Shown: piece by piece, positions 47,695 through 56,296 of the stretch
Layout of the letters: each line of letters opens with the position of its first letter
Position numbering within the stretch: position 1 is the stretch's first letter
IMG/VR virus record: IMGVR_UViG_3300047322_000608
Location: 11,870 to 75,869 of that record
Length of the DNA: 64,000 nucleotides
From: a virus
Reading direction: 5' to 3' (one strand)
Translations under genes and position numbers: made by a program
Notes under the pieces: model-generated
The model's database searches: none
What the model saw: the letters and a program-made list of their open reading frames with translations, nothing else
Told to the model about the DNA's origin: nothing

Positions 47695-47912
47695 AGCTCT
47701 CAATTATCCTCTCGGTCTCGGCGATCATCCTGCGGTTCATCACGCCTGGGCCTGGGTCGTGGTACATCATGCGCCGGGATACGCCCTACCACGACATTGT
47801 TGAGACGGCCGGATACGAGACCAACGCCTGCGAGATCGAGCTAGAGATTCCCAACAGCAACCAGGCGGCAATCTACAAACTCCGGTTTTACCCCGGATCG
47901 ACGAATCCGTGA
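47691..47912 (+). CDS. Small secreted/membrane protein
   Basis: Hydrophobic N-terminus, GTGA coupling. Confidence 0.4.
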   Translation: MKLSIILSVSAIILRFITPGPGSWYIMRRDTPYHDIVETAGYETNACEIELEIPNSNQAAIYKLRFYPGSTNP

Positions 47913-47981
47913 ACCCTCAAATCGAACACGCCAGCGTCTACTTCCCACGCAACTGGACGATGGTGCAAAAACTCGCGTGGA

Positions 47982-48173
47982 TTAAGGAAAGGAACGACCC
48001 GCCTTCGCCTTGCGCTTCCGATACGCCTTCCAGCGCCATTTAGCGCCGATGCGGCCTATTCGGGACATCTCCGCTCGGTCCCGGCTGCGGGCCTTACCGC
48101 CTGCGCTCTGGATCGCGCGGCACCTTGCTTTGGGAATGACGGCGAATCCTTGGGGAAGTTTGGCTTCTTTCAT
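47982..48173 (-). CDS. KGG-repeat (general stress protein-like) small protein
   Basis: GFA.....R.RAIQSAGGKA and EMSRIGRIG match the KGG motif. Confidence 0.55.
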   Translation of the reverse strand: MKEAKLPQGFAVIPKARCRAIQSAGGKARSRDRAEMSRIGRIGAKWRWKAYRKRKAKAGRSFP

Positions 48174-48264
48174 TTACGGCTAGAAATACTGCTGTTACTC
48201 GGGGAATTTAGTAAAGGCTTTTCGGGTAGCAGCAATTCGTATTAGCTGCTTGAATACCTGATAT

Positions 48265-48453
48265 ATGAGTCAGGCTACCATTCACGAGAGCAAGGCGACC
48301 TTCCAGGCCGAGGAAAGCTTTCAGCTCCAGCAGCTTCGGATGGAGAACCAGTGGCTGAGGCTACGGATCGAGAAGCTCAAGCTGCACGCGCTGTCTGACA
48401 ATAAGCCCCCGCTGGTGTTGGAGCGAGAGCGGGTGCCGGCGCATAAGAATTGA
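48265..48453 (+). CDS. Small coiled-coil protein
   Basis: LRMENQWLRLRIEKL heptads. Confidence 0.45.
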   Translation: MSQATIHESKATFQAEESFQLQQLRMENQWLRLRIEKLKLHALSDNKPPLVLERERVPAHKN

Positions 48454-48489
48454 AGTTTCGCTTGACGGCGGCGGTAGTGAGTGTGAATG

Positions 48490-48910
48490 TCCGAATGTCC
48501 GTAACGCTTTAAGGTGCGATGCGGCTCGAATGACCCCGCTTGGGAGATTAGGCAAGGCCTGAGCACACCTGCCAAGGTGACTTTAAGGGGTCGCCCCTTT
48601 GAGAGTAGAGCCCTGATTCGCAATCCGTGCGGATCGGGGTTGTTGCTTTCCACCCTGCGGCATCAAAAGGATAGAGCAACCGGTCCGCGGAGTAACCAAG
48701 TAGTCTTGGGGGCGGGGACCGAAGACAAACAAGCCGTCTAGGGTTTGCTCCTCCAGGAACTTCCTTTGGCGGCAACGGCCAAGGGGAGGAGGGAGGGGTT
48801 TCTGAGGTTTTACGCCTCTTTTCTTTCCCCGCAGAACCTTTCTTAACTGGAACTGTTCTTCTGTTCGAGGCACCACGTTTAATCCGGAGTGCCCCGAAGA
48901 AAGGAACAGA
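48490..48910 (+). ncRNA. Large multi-domain structured RNA or leader, unassigned
   Basis: No convincing ORF; consecutive G-U-rich stems and multibranch domains; preceded by TTGACG (48462). Confidence 0.6.
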
Positions 48911-48913
48911 ACT

Positions 48914-49336
48914 ATGCGAATCAAGTTAGAAACGATAGATCCGTGGGCCTTTGTTAAGCGGGCCTATAAGCTGGCTTACGATGCCTGCGGAGGGACAAGC
49001 GGCTACGGCATCTTCCAGGCTCGGGATCGGGTGACGGAGGACGACGTGTTCAAAAACGTGTCCTGTGCGGGGGATTACCCTGGAGGAAACCGTCAAGCCG
49101 AGGAGAGAGCCAAGGACGGCGAGTTCTATGGGGACTACGTGTTCGGTCGGATGGTGAAGCTCGGGATGAGAATTAAGGATGGGGTAGTTGAGATTCGGGA
49201 TTACCGCTGGAGACCGGACTACAACGCATTCGTGGGGAAGTATCCGGACGGCGAAGCGTTGACCAAAGCCACGTTGCTATCGCTTGGAGAGCGGGAGGAC
49301 TCCTACGGTATGGTCGAGGAGAAGGAGACCGCATGA
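48914..49336 (+). CDS. Hypothetical protein
   Basis: YGDYVFGRMVKL motif; motif-type RBS. Confidence 0.65.
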   Translation: MRIKLETIDPWAFVKRAYKLAYDACGGTSGYGIFQARDRVTEDDVFKNVSCAGDYPGGNRQAEERAKDGEFYGDYVFGRMVKLGMRIKDGVVEIRDYRWRPDYNAFVGKYPDGEALTKATLLSLGEREDSYGMVEEKETA

Positions 49337-49659
49337 TTATCGAGAAATCTGCAGAGACGCGGCTGGAGGCTGAGAAGGCGCTCCGGTGTCTGTTTATCGC
49401 GGTAGACGAGCAAGTTGCTCGGGACGTGCGATCCAAGGTTATTACGGCGTTTGAGGACCAGGACGCGAGGAGCCAGTTGCTCATGGACACGATCAACCGG
49501 CAGGTGAAGGAGAACCGGATCCTGGTGGCCGCGCTCAAGGAGTGCTTCACGGACGAGAACGCCAGCGGCATGGTGCTTCCGAAATACGCCAAGCTCCGGA
49601 TGCGGGCGATCAACGTGATTGTGGCGGGAGCGTTGCAGAAAGTGGGGGCGGCGGAATGA
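49333..49659 (+). CDS. Hypothetical protein
   Basis: ATGA-coupled. Confidence 0.55.
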   Translation: MIIEKSAETRLEAEKALRCLFIAVDEQVARDVRSKVITAFEDQDARSQLLMDTINRQVKENRILVAALKECFTDENASGMVLPKYAKLRMRAINVIVAGALQKVGAAE

Positions 49660-50018
49660 ACAAGACATTGGGAAGAGTAAAGAAAACGGCCCGTGGATTC
49701 GAGATTATTGAATTTACGGATCATTACGGTCATGCCTGCAGCGTGCAGCAATCAAGCCTTGCTATCTGGCAGACTCCGGGAACGAGCGCGCTCTGGATGG
49801 GGACGAACGACGCGAATCCGCTCGTGATGCACCGGGATGCTGCGAGTGTCGGAGTTCAAACAGATAAAACCGAAGGTTGGGTGCCGTATCCGATCCCCGA
49901 AGAGGTTCAGTTGAACACTCGGATGCACCTTCACCGCAAGCAAGTGGCGGCGCTAATTCAGCATCTGCAATCGTGGCTGGACACCGGCAGCTTGAAGCTG
50001 CAGAAAGCCAAGGAATGA
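49656..50018 (+). CDS. Hypothetical protein
   Basis: T.RGF...EF.D.YG..CSVQQSSLA...RMHL...QV..LI..LQ.W pattern of a conserved phage protein. Confidence 0.65.
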   Translation: MNKTLGRVKKTARGFEIIEFTDHYGHACSVQQSSLAIWQTPGTSALWMGTNDANPLVMHRDAASVGVQTDKTEGWVPYPIPEEVQLNTRMHLHRKQVAALIQHLQSWLDTGSLKLQKAKE

Positions 50019-50317
50019 ACAACTTTGCCAGGTTAGTGGAATCGAGCCCGTTTTATGGGTTATTTGAGGGCGGGAAGGTGCCGGTCGTCGGGATCTTTCC
50101 AGCCCTTGCAGAGTGCGAAGGGGACGGTGTGCAAGAGGTTTACATGGTGGACATCGATCGGCTAAGCGCGGTGCAGATTAGCGCGATCCTGGACGTGCTG
50201 GGGGGCGGGGATAAAGAGCTACGGCTGGAGGCGGCCCGGGACATCAAAGAGCGGGGTTTGCCGCTCCGGGCCAAGAATGTGGTGTCGATCATTTCGGATG
50301 TGCCCTGGTTTTTATGA
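50015..50317 (+). CDS. Hypothetical protein
   Basis: ATGA-coupled. Confidence 0.55.
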   Translation: MNNFARLVESSPFYGLFEGGKVPVVGIFPALAECEGDGVQEVYMVDIDRLSAVQISAILDVLGGGDKELRLEAARDIKERGLPLRAKNVVSIISDVPWFL

Positions 50318-50559
50318 AAACGACGTGCGCATGGTGCGCTCAGGAACAGGCTAGCCCTCTTCTGCCTTGGGATAGCCACGGGATCTGCGAACGGCACAAA
50401 GCTGTAGTTTTGAAGGAGCTGGCCGAGCTTCACGGAACAATCGAGCAGGAACAGCCTGATTTGGGGCACAAGCAGCCCTGTTTTGGGTTTAGAACGGTTT
50501 TGGCTATCTCGATAGGGTGTTTGCTAGGATGGGCAATTGAGAGGCTTTGTGGACGGTAG
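50314..50559 (+). CDS. Small Zn-binding membrane protein
   Basis: CAWC...SHGIC..H and a C-terminal hydrophobic helix. Confidence 0.55.
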   Translation: MKTTCAWCAQEQASPLLPWDSHGICERHKAVVLKELAELHGTIEQEQPDLGHKQPCFGFRTVLAISIGCLLGWAIERLCGR

Positions 50560-50595
50560 GACTCAAAAACAACGAAATAAACGAAAGGAACAGGT

Positions 50596-50838
50596 ATGGC
50601 TAGAAAGTATGATGCGGATAGGGCCAGGGCGGTCGAGGTTGAGCGCCTGGCGGAGAAGGACCCCGTGTTTGCTGTGAACTTCCGGGCGCTCACAGCTAAC
50701 CATAAGTACAGACAGCTCAGGCCGACCGTGACGAGCTGGCTCATGCGGCAGGCTCAGGCGAGGGAACGCAGGCAGATGCAGCATCAGTTCACTCCGACCA
50801 GGGTCACGGCCCAGGTGGAAAGGGAGTTGTTCGGATGA
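50596..50838 (+). CDS. Hypothetical protein
   Basis: Motif-type RBS. Confidence 0.55.
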   Translation: MARKYDADRARAVEVERLAEKDPVFAVNFRALTANHKYRQLRPTVTSWLMRQAQARERRQMQHQFTPTRVTAQVERELFG

Positions 50839-50963
50839 GTAGCGTGGGGCTCTGCCCGCGTTGCGGCAAGGTGATCTCATTCAGATTCCCGGTTCACGAC
50901 TGCCGCAAGCCCAAGAAAGCTAAAATGGAAAAACCGGCTAAGGGGCAAACCTTTCGCCGGTAA
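50835..50963 (+). CDS. Tiny Zn-knuckle protein (42 aa, below track cut-off)
   Basis: MSSVGLCPRCGKVISFRFPVHDCRKPKK..., ATGA-coupled. Confidence 0.45.
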   Translation: MSSVGLCPRCGKVISFRFPVHDCRKPKKAKMEKPAKGQTFRR

Positions 50964-51048
50964 GGAACAGGTACGGGAGTATGAGGGCCCGCATCCGTGT
51001 GGCCTCTACTCTCGGACCGAAACGAAAATCAGTCAAGAAAGGAACATT

Positions 51049-51513
51049 ATGGGATTGGACATGTATCTGAAAGCCACTCGGTACATCGGCAACTGGGATC
51101 ACACTTCGGAGTCCGAAAGAGCCAGGTATCGCGGAGTCACAGAGGCGATTGGATTCTCCGGGTTCAGTTGCCCTGGTTCGCCGCACTTGGTTGTGGATCT
51201 GTCGGTCGCTTATTGGCGGAAAGCCAACCAGATCCATGCCTGGTTCGTGGAGCACGTCCAGGATGGGGAAGACGAGTGCCGGGAGCACTCGGTCAGCAAG
51301 GAGCAATTGCAGACGCTCTGCGATTTGTGCCAGCAAGTCCTGGACACAAAGAATGCCTCACTTCTGCCGCCTCGGCCCGGGTTCTTCTTCGGCAGCACGG
51401 ACATCGACGATTATTACTGGCAGGATCTCAAGTATACCATCGACCAGCTCAAACCGTTGCTGGAAGATCCGCGGTTCCAAGGCTGGGATTTCACCTACCA
51501 GTCAAGCTGGTAG
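51049..51513 (+). CDS. Conserved phage protein
   Basis: MGLDMYL...YWRKANQIHAWFV...LLP...GFFFGS...YQSSW. Confidence 0.75.
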   Translation: MGLDMYLKATRYIGNWDHTSESERARYRGVTEAIGFSGFSCPGSPHLVVDLSVAYWRKANQIHAWFVEHVQDGEDECREHSVSKEQLQTLCDLCQQVLDTKNASLLPPRPGFFFGSTDIDDYYWQDLKYTIDQLKPLLEDPRFQGWDFTYQSSW

Positions 51514-51517
51514 AAAA

Positions 51518-51570
51518 GCGCGAAACGGGCTTCGGCCCGTCTGCTGGTATGCGCCAGCACCGATGAGCGC
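51518..51570 (+). ncRNA. Hammerhead ribozyme, type II, U4C core variant
   Basis: GCGC-GAAA-CGGGC(UUCG)GCCCG-UC^-UGCUGGU(AUGC)GCCAGCA-CCGAUGA-GCGC. Confidence 0.85.
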
Positions 51571-51595
51571 CCGGAATAAACCACAAAGTCTGCGC

Positions 51596-51625
51596 TTGAC
51601 ATGCGTTAACGAAGTAAACTAGCGT
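51596..51625 (+). promoter_or_regulatory. Sigma70-like promoter
   Basis: TTGACA-18-TAGCGT, 23 nt upstream of the ATG at 51649. Confidence 0.55.
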
Positions 51626-51648
51626 TTAACGAAAGGCAACAGTACGAT

Positions 51649-52548
51649 ATGAGTGATGGCAAATTGATCGATGGCGTCCTGGTCTGCATGACCAAGTCGT
51701 GCGGGATAGCCGGGTCCAAGGTGGACAAGGAGATGACCGCCGAAGTCGAGGACGATAAGAACGCCGGCCACGGAGCTGGCACCTGGAGCAACAAACTCTT
51801 CCCGCCTAAAGCGTGCGGCAAGAAGAACAGCTTCACCAACCTGCGAACGCACATGAGCCAGATGTACCACTGGCACATGGCCAATTCGTTCGTGTTCGAG
51901 AACGAACTGTGGCGGATCCTTCCAACCAAAAGAGTGGAAGCCTACCGCCAGGTCGTGGAAGTGGCAGGCAAGGCGACAGCACACACGCTATTGAACGAGT
52001 TCCTGGACGATTACGAGAACCTGAAGGATCTGGCGCGCAGGCCGCAACCGGACGGACGCGGCGAGTTGTTCAAGGACGACGATTACCCGTCCAAGGAAAC
52101 GATTCGAGCCAAGTTCTTCTACGACGTCAGCTATCGGCCGCTGCCAACGTCGGGCGGGTTGAATCCCAATCTGTTCGCAGAGGCTATCCAGCAGTTGAAT
52201 GAGCTGCACGCGCAACGGTTGGCCGAAGCCAACGCGACCCTGGTCACGCGGTTCCTCGAACCATTCAAGATCCTGAGCGAGCAGTTGAAAGATCCCGCCA
52301 AGCGCAAGATGGCCCCGGTCCTAGACACCATCCGCGAGTTCAGCCAGATCGTCCCGTCGCTGGACCTGTCGGGTAACACCGAGCTGGTCGAGTTGGCCCA
52401 GCAGATCAGCGTCACGTTCGCGGACCTGACGCCGGACGCGATCAAGAAGGACGAAGAAATGGCCAAATTTGTCGGTCAGACAGCCGACTCCGTTATCAGC
52501 GCGCTCGGCCGGTTTGGGAATCTTGGGCAAAGGAAGTTCGCAGCTTAA
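51649..52548 (+). CDS. Conserved phage protein (DUF3150-like)
   Basis: SKVDKEMT.EV...SNKLFP...WRILP...LFKDDDYPS....R.KF pattern. Confidence 0.55.
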   Translation: MSDGKLIDGVLVCMTKSCGIAGSKVDKEMTAEVEDDKNAGHGAGTWSNKLFPPKACGKKNSFTNLRTHMSQMYHWHMANSFVFENELWRILPTKRVEAYRQVVEVAGKATAHTLLNEFLDDYENLKDLARRPQPDGRGELFKDDDYPSKETIRAKFFYDVSYRPLPTSGGLNPNLFAEAIQQLNELHAQRLAEANATLVTRFLEPFKILSEQLKDPAKRKMAPVLDTIREFSQIVPSLDLSGNTELVELAQQISVTFADLTPDAIKKDEEMAKFVGQTADSVISALGRFGNLGQRKFAA

Positions 52549-52568
52549 CCACAAACGAAAGGAATAGT

Positions 52569-53021
52569 ATGTCTCACGTTATTGGAATTACGCTGGTCAT
52601 TAAAGACCTGCACGCACTGGAACAGGCCTGCAAAGACCTGGGCCTGACATTTGTTCGGGATCAGAAAACCCACGCCTGGTTTGGGCGCTGGGTCAACGAC
52701 TACAGCCAGAAGGACGCTGCCTACAAGAACGCCGGCATCAAGCCGGAGAACTACGGCAAGTGCGAACACGCGATCAAGGTCCCGGGGTCGGGCTACGAGA
52801 TCGGGGTTTACAACAATCCGCAAGGTAAGGGCTTCATCCTCGCCTACGACAACTATGGAACCGGGCAGGTCATCCTGCAAAAGCTCGGGAGCGGCCTGGA
52901 GAAGCTCAAGCAGGCGTATGGGGTCGCAAAGGCGACGATCGAGGCGAAGGCCAAAGGTTGGATCGTCTCGAAACAGACGCTCGCCAGCGGCTCAGTCAAG
53001 CTGGTTCTGACGGGTGTTTAA
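52569..53021 (+). CDS. DUF1257-like protein
   Basis: MSH.....VIKDL.ALEQAC.DLG...YEIGV...KLKQAY......EAK.KGW...GSVKLVL. Confidence 0.75.
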   Translation: MSHVIGITLVIKDLHALEQACKDLGLTFVRDQKTHAWFGRWVNDYSQKDAAYKNAGIKPENYGKCEHAIKVPGSGYEIGVYNNPQGKGFILAYDNYGTGQVILQKLGSGLEKLKQAYGVAKATIEAKAKGWIVSKQTLASGSVKLVLTGV

Positions 53022-53024
53022 CCT

Positions 53025-53303
53025 ATGCCAAAGTTCAAAGTTTGGGAAGAGGTCCGTTTGAATACGGCCCGGGAGCGAGCCACGGACTTCCTGGCTGATC
53101 TTCAATCCTGCCTCGTGGATAGGTCTATCAGCGGTCGTACATACGACGCGCTAGTTAACGCCATTGAGTACCGAAAGGTATTTGTCGTGGTCGCAAAGGA
53201 AGTGGATGCGGAGGAGTTTGAATCCTACGAAATCAAAATGCGTGACGGAAAGGCGAAGCTGCCTTGCATGGTGACAGAGGATGACCTTGAAGGAGTTTCG
53301 TAA
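53025..53303 (+). CDS. Hypothetical protein
   Basis: Clean ORF in the operon. Confidence 0.5.
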   Translation: MPKFKVWEEVRLNTARERATDFLADLQSCLVDRSISGRTYDALVNAIEYRKVFVVVAKEVDAEEFESYEIKMRDGKAKLPCMVTEDDLEGVS

Positions 53304-53515
53304 TGGCTTACGGTCCCGGCAAATACTCCGCGCTCTGCTCCCAAGCGATGCTGGACGCGAAGGCGGTTGCCTGCGTCCTGGTTACGCTTGGCGGAGAGCA
53401 TGGCAGCGGATTTGAAGTCGTTGGCCAGCCCGGAGTGGTCTTGGACATACCCGCGATCCTCCGGGAAATGGCCGACTCAATCGAACGCGACGAGAAGAAA
53501 GTAAAAGAACAATGA
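53303..53515 (+). CDS. Hypothetical protein
   Basis: GPGKY..LC...GSGF motif. Confidence 0.6.
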   Translation: MAYGPGKYSALCSQAMLDAKAVACVLVTLGGEHGSGFEVVGQPGVVLDIPAILREMADSIERDEKKVKEQ

Positions 53516-53709
53516 CAAGGCTACCAATACCGGTCGGAGCCCACATGCGCTACCGCAAGAACGGCAGAACGCTTTGGGGTCAGAAGCACGAAAACAAACC
53601 GATCACCTGGACGACAATCGCCCCACCGAAGGGGACTAAACTCTACGTCATCGGTTGGAACAACGGTCAACAGAGCCTGCTGGCCAGCCGCATCGAAACT
53701 CAGGAATGA
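53512..53709 (+). CDS. Hypothetical protein
   Basis: ATGA-coupled. Confidence 0.45.
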   Translation: MTRLPIPVGAHMRYRKNGRTLWGQKHENKPITWTTIAPPKGTKLYVIGWNNGQQSLLASRIETQE

Positions 53710-54005
53710 AAACGCCCGAGCAGCAACTGATCGACAAGATCACAGCCGAATGGGCCGACAAAGGCCAGGTCGTTGAAGGCGGATGGCGGGCGTTCTTAGC
53801 CGTTGGGATGGACAAGAAAGCCCCGCCCATGCAAATCGAGGAAATGCGCAAGGCATACTTCCTGGGCGCGCAACACCTGTTCGCGTCCGTCTTGAACATG
53901 CTCGGTCCTGGTTCCGAACCGACCGAGAAGGAAATGCGAAGAATGGACTTGCTCCGTCATGAAATGGAGCGATTCGTTCTGGAAATGCGACGGAGTAACA
54001 ACTGA
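53706..54005 (+). CDS. Hypothetical protein
   Basis: AP..Q..EMRKAYFLGAQHLF motif. Confidence 0.6.
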   Translation: MKTPEQQLIDKITAEWADKGQVVEGGWRAFLAVGMDKKAPPMQIEEMRKAYFLGAQHLFASVLNMLGPGSEPTEKEMRRMDLLRHEMERFVLEMRRSNN

Positions 54006-54019
54006 CAGAAAGGAACAGA

Positions 54020-54205
54020 ATGAAACAGATTGAAGTTATTGTTTCGCCTGATGGCGAAGTCACAATCGATGTCGTTGGCTTCAAAGGCCAAGGCTGCGAG
54101 AAGGCCACCAAGGCGCTGGAGGAAGCCATGGGCATCACAGGTAAGCGCAATCGCAAACCGGAATACCACGCTCACGAAGCGGCAACCCAAAAGGCATCGG
54201 CGTGA
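54020..54205 (+). CDS. DUF2997-like protein
   Basis: IEVIVSPDGEVTIDVVGFKGQGC..AT.ALE..MG....KPEY. Confidence 0.8.
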   Translation: MKQIEVIVSPDGEVTIDVVGFKGQGCEKATKALEEAMGITGKRNRKPEYHAHEAATQKASA

Positions 54206-54525
54206 GGACCGAATCGATGTTCATCCGTGCCGATGGACAAATCGAAGTGATCGGCGACGTGCCGCTGGAGCTGGAGCAGATCGGCAACTGCCGGCGCGAG
54301 CGTGCCAGCTCGATTGTTCCGCTCCACCTTGGCAAGCGGATCGCGTTCTTGCTGCTGCGCACCATCTTCGGAGAGCGCGGCATCACGGCGGAATGGACAA
54401 GGGCCTGGCGCGGGCCATGGTTCTGCTTGCTCTACGCAACCGGAGAGACCTTCTGCCATCCGTCCAGGCGAGTCTGTTTGGCCTGGGAGCGGGCTAGGCT
54501 GGAACAAATCATGGAGCGACAATGA
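54202..54525 (+). CDS. Hypothetical protein
   Basis: IRADG....RASSIVP...CLAWE; GTGA-coupled. Confidence 0.55.
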   Translation: MRTESMFIRADGQIEVIGDVPLELEQIGNCRRERASSIVPLHLGKRIAFLLLRTIFGERGITAEWTRAWRGPWFCLLYATGETFCHPSRRVCLAWERARLEQIMERQ

Positions 54526-54719
54526 ATGAAGAACAGAGATTAGAATACGAGGCCTGGAAGTCGGTCGCGCGTTGCTGGCCTGGCGATATTAACGATCAGA
54601 AGTTCAACAATGTCCTGAAAGCAATCAGGGTTTGGGGGGAAAGGCTCTCCGCATTGCGTAGGACCCAACCTTCGGAAACTGTGGATCGAGCACGGTTAAT
54701 GGTTGAGTCCAGGTTATAA
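54522..54719 (+). CDS. Hypothetical protein
   Basis: ATGA-coupled. Confidence 0.5.
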   Translation: MNEEQRLEYEAWKSVARCWPGDINDQKFNNVLKAIRVWGERLSALRRTQPSETVDRARLMVESRL

Positions 54720-54751
54720 CATCAAGTCAACCAAAAGGAACAGATACGAGT

Positions 54752-56293
54752 ATGAGCAAAAGCACCAAGGAAACATTGCGCGATTATTTCCGCGCCGGCT
54801 ATTCAGGCCTATACCTGACCAGCTACGAGGAGCAACGGGTCGAATCCGAATTGGCCGCCATCGCCAACGAGATCGGATTTAGCCTTTACTCCTGGACGGT
54901 GACCGATTCACTGTCCGGCCCAGTCGGACACGACAAGCCGACCGTTTGGACTGGGGAAGGCGGCGACCCGCTGAGCCCGATAGAGCTGCTGGACAAGATC
55001 AACGCGGTCTTGCCTGAGAAGTCCATCGTCCTGGCCAAGGACTATCACCTATTCGTCAACGAGCCCAATCCGATCATCATCCGCAAGGTGAAGGATTGCC
55101 TCTTGATCGCCAGGAACAATAACCGGCACCTGGTCATCCTGGGTTGCAGTTTCAAGCTCACGCCTGAGCTGGAAAAGGAATTCACGGTCGTCGACTTCGC
55201 CTTGCCCGACCGGGATCAGCTCGGCGTTGTGCTCAAGGGGATCGCTGACTCGGCCGGCATCAAGGTCAACGGTAACCGGGATCCGATCGTCGATGCTGCT
55301 TCGGGTATGACTACCACGGAAGCTGCGGATGCGTTCGCTCTGGCTGTAGTCGAGAGCAAGAACACGGAGATCGCGCCAACGGTTGTCGCCCGGGAGAAGG
55401 CTCAATGCGTGAAGCGCTCTGGAATTCTCGAAATTCTGGAAGCCAATGAGACGATTGCCACGATGGGGGGATGTGCTGCCGCAAAAGACTGGATTCTGAA
55501 AAGGAGGCACGCCTTTGGTAAAGATGCGAAGTCTTACGGGTTGCCGGTGCCGCGGGGAATTCTCCTCCTGGGGCCGGCTGGTTCTGGCAAAACCCATCTG
55601 GCGAGGATCATCGCAAACGTGCTTGACGTGCCGCTCTTGAAACTGGACGGCGGCAAGTTATTCTCTTCTCTGGTAGGGTCGAGTGAGGCCAATGTCAGGA
55701 ACGCAATCGCCACGGCAGAAGCAGTTGCTCCAGTGGTAGTGCTCGTGGATGAAATTGAAAAAGCGTTCTCTGGTAGCCAGTCCAGTGGCCAAACCGATGG
55801 GGGAACATCCGCTCGCGTCATGGGGACGTTTCTTCAATGGATGAACGACAAGACTAAGCCGGTTTTTGTGGTTGCGACCAGCAACAACGTAAGCCAGCTC
55901 CCACCCGAGTTCCTCAGGAAGGGTCGCTTCGATGAGCTGTTCTTCGTGGATCTTCCCGATCAGGACGAAAGGGAGGAAATTTTCAAAATCCACATTGCGA
56001 AAAGGAATCGCAAGCCGGACGCCTTCAACGTCGCCGCATTGGCATCGGCCACAAATGGGTTCACGGGAGCAGAGATCGAAGCTGTGATAACTGAGTCTCT
56101 GTTCTCAGCGTTTGACGAAAAGATGGAGGTTGAAGACCGCCACGTTCTTGAATCAATATCAGCAACCGTCCCGCTCTCCCGCACGATGGCTGCACAGATC
56201 GAATCATTAAGAACATGGGCCAACGGGAGAACGCGAAAGGCATCGCTTCCGAAGCCTCAAGCTTCGCAGCATGGCCAGCGAAAGATAGCTTGA
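54752..56293 (+). CDS. Ycf46-like AAA+ ATPase
   Basis: YLTSYEEQRV, PRGILLLGPAGSGKT, LVDEIEKAFSG, LPPEFLRKGRFDELFFVDLP, VPLSRTM...I..LR.WA. Confidence 0.9.
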   Translation: MSKSTKETLRDYFRAGYSGLYLTSYEEQRVESELAAIANEIGFSLYSWTVTDSLSGPVGHDKPTVWTGEGGDPLSPIELLDKINAVLPEKSIVLAKDYHLFVNEPNPIIIRKVKDCLLIARNNNRHLVILGCSFKLTPELEKEFTVVDFALPDRDQLGVVLKGIADSAGIKVNGNRDPIVDAASGMTTTEAADAFALAVVESKNTEIAPTVVAREKAQCVKRSGILEILEANETIATMGGCAAAKDWILKRRHAFGKDAKSYGLPVPRGILLLGPAGSGKTHLARIIANVLDVPLLKLDGGKLFSSLVGSSEANVRNAIATAEAVAPVVVLVDEIEKAFSGSQSSGQTDGGTSARVMGTFLQWMNDKTKPVFVVATSNNVSQLPPEFLRKGRFDELFFVDLPDQDEREEIFKIHIAKRNRKPDAFNVAALASATNGFTGAEIEAVITESLFSAFDEKMEVEDRHVLESISATVPLSRTMAAQIESLRTWANGRTRKASLPKPQASQHGQRKIA

Positions 56294-56296
56294 CTC

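Noticed and set aside
47158-47803. Poly-Leu/Met (+) and poly-Ser/Ile (-) ORFs
   Set aside because: These are alternative frames of the GCT-based repeat; only the Ala frame has sensible flanking domains and an RBS.
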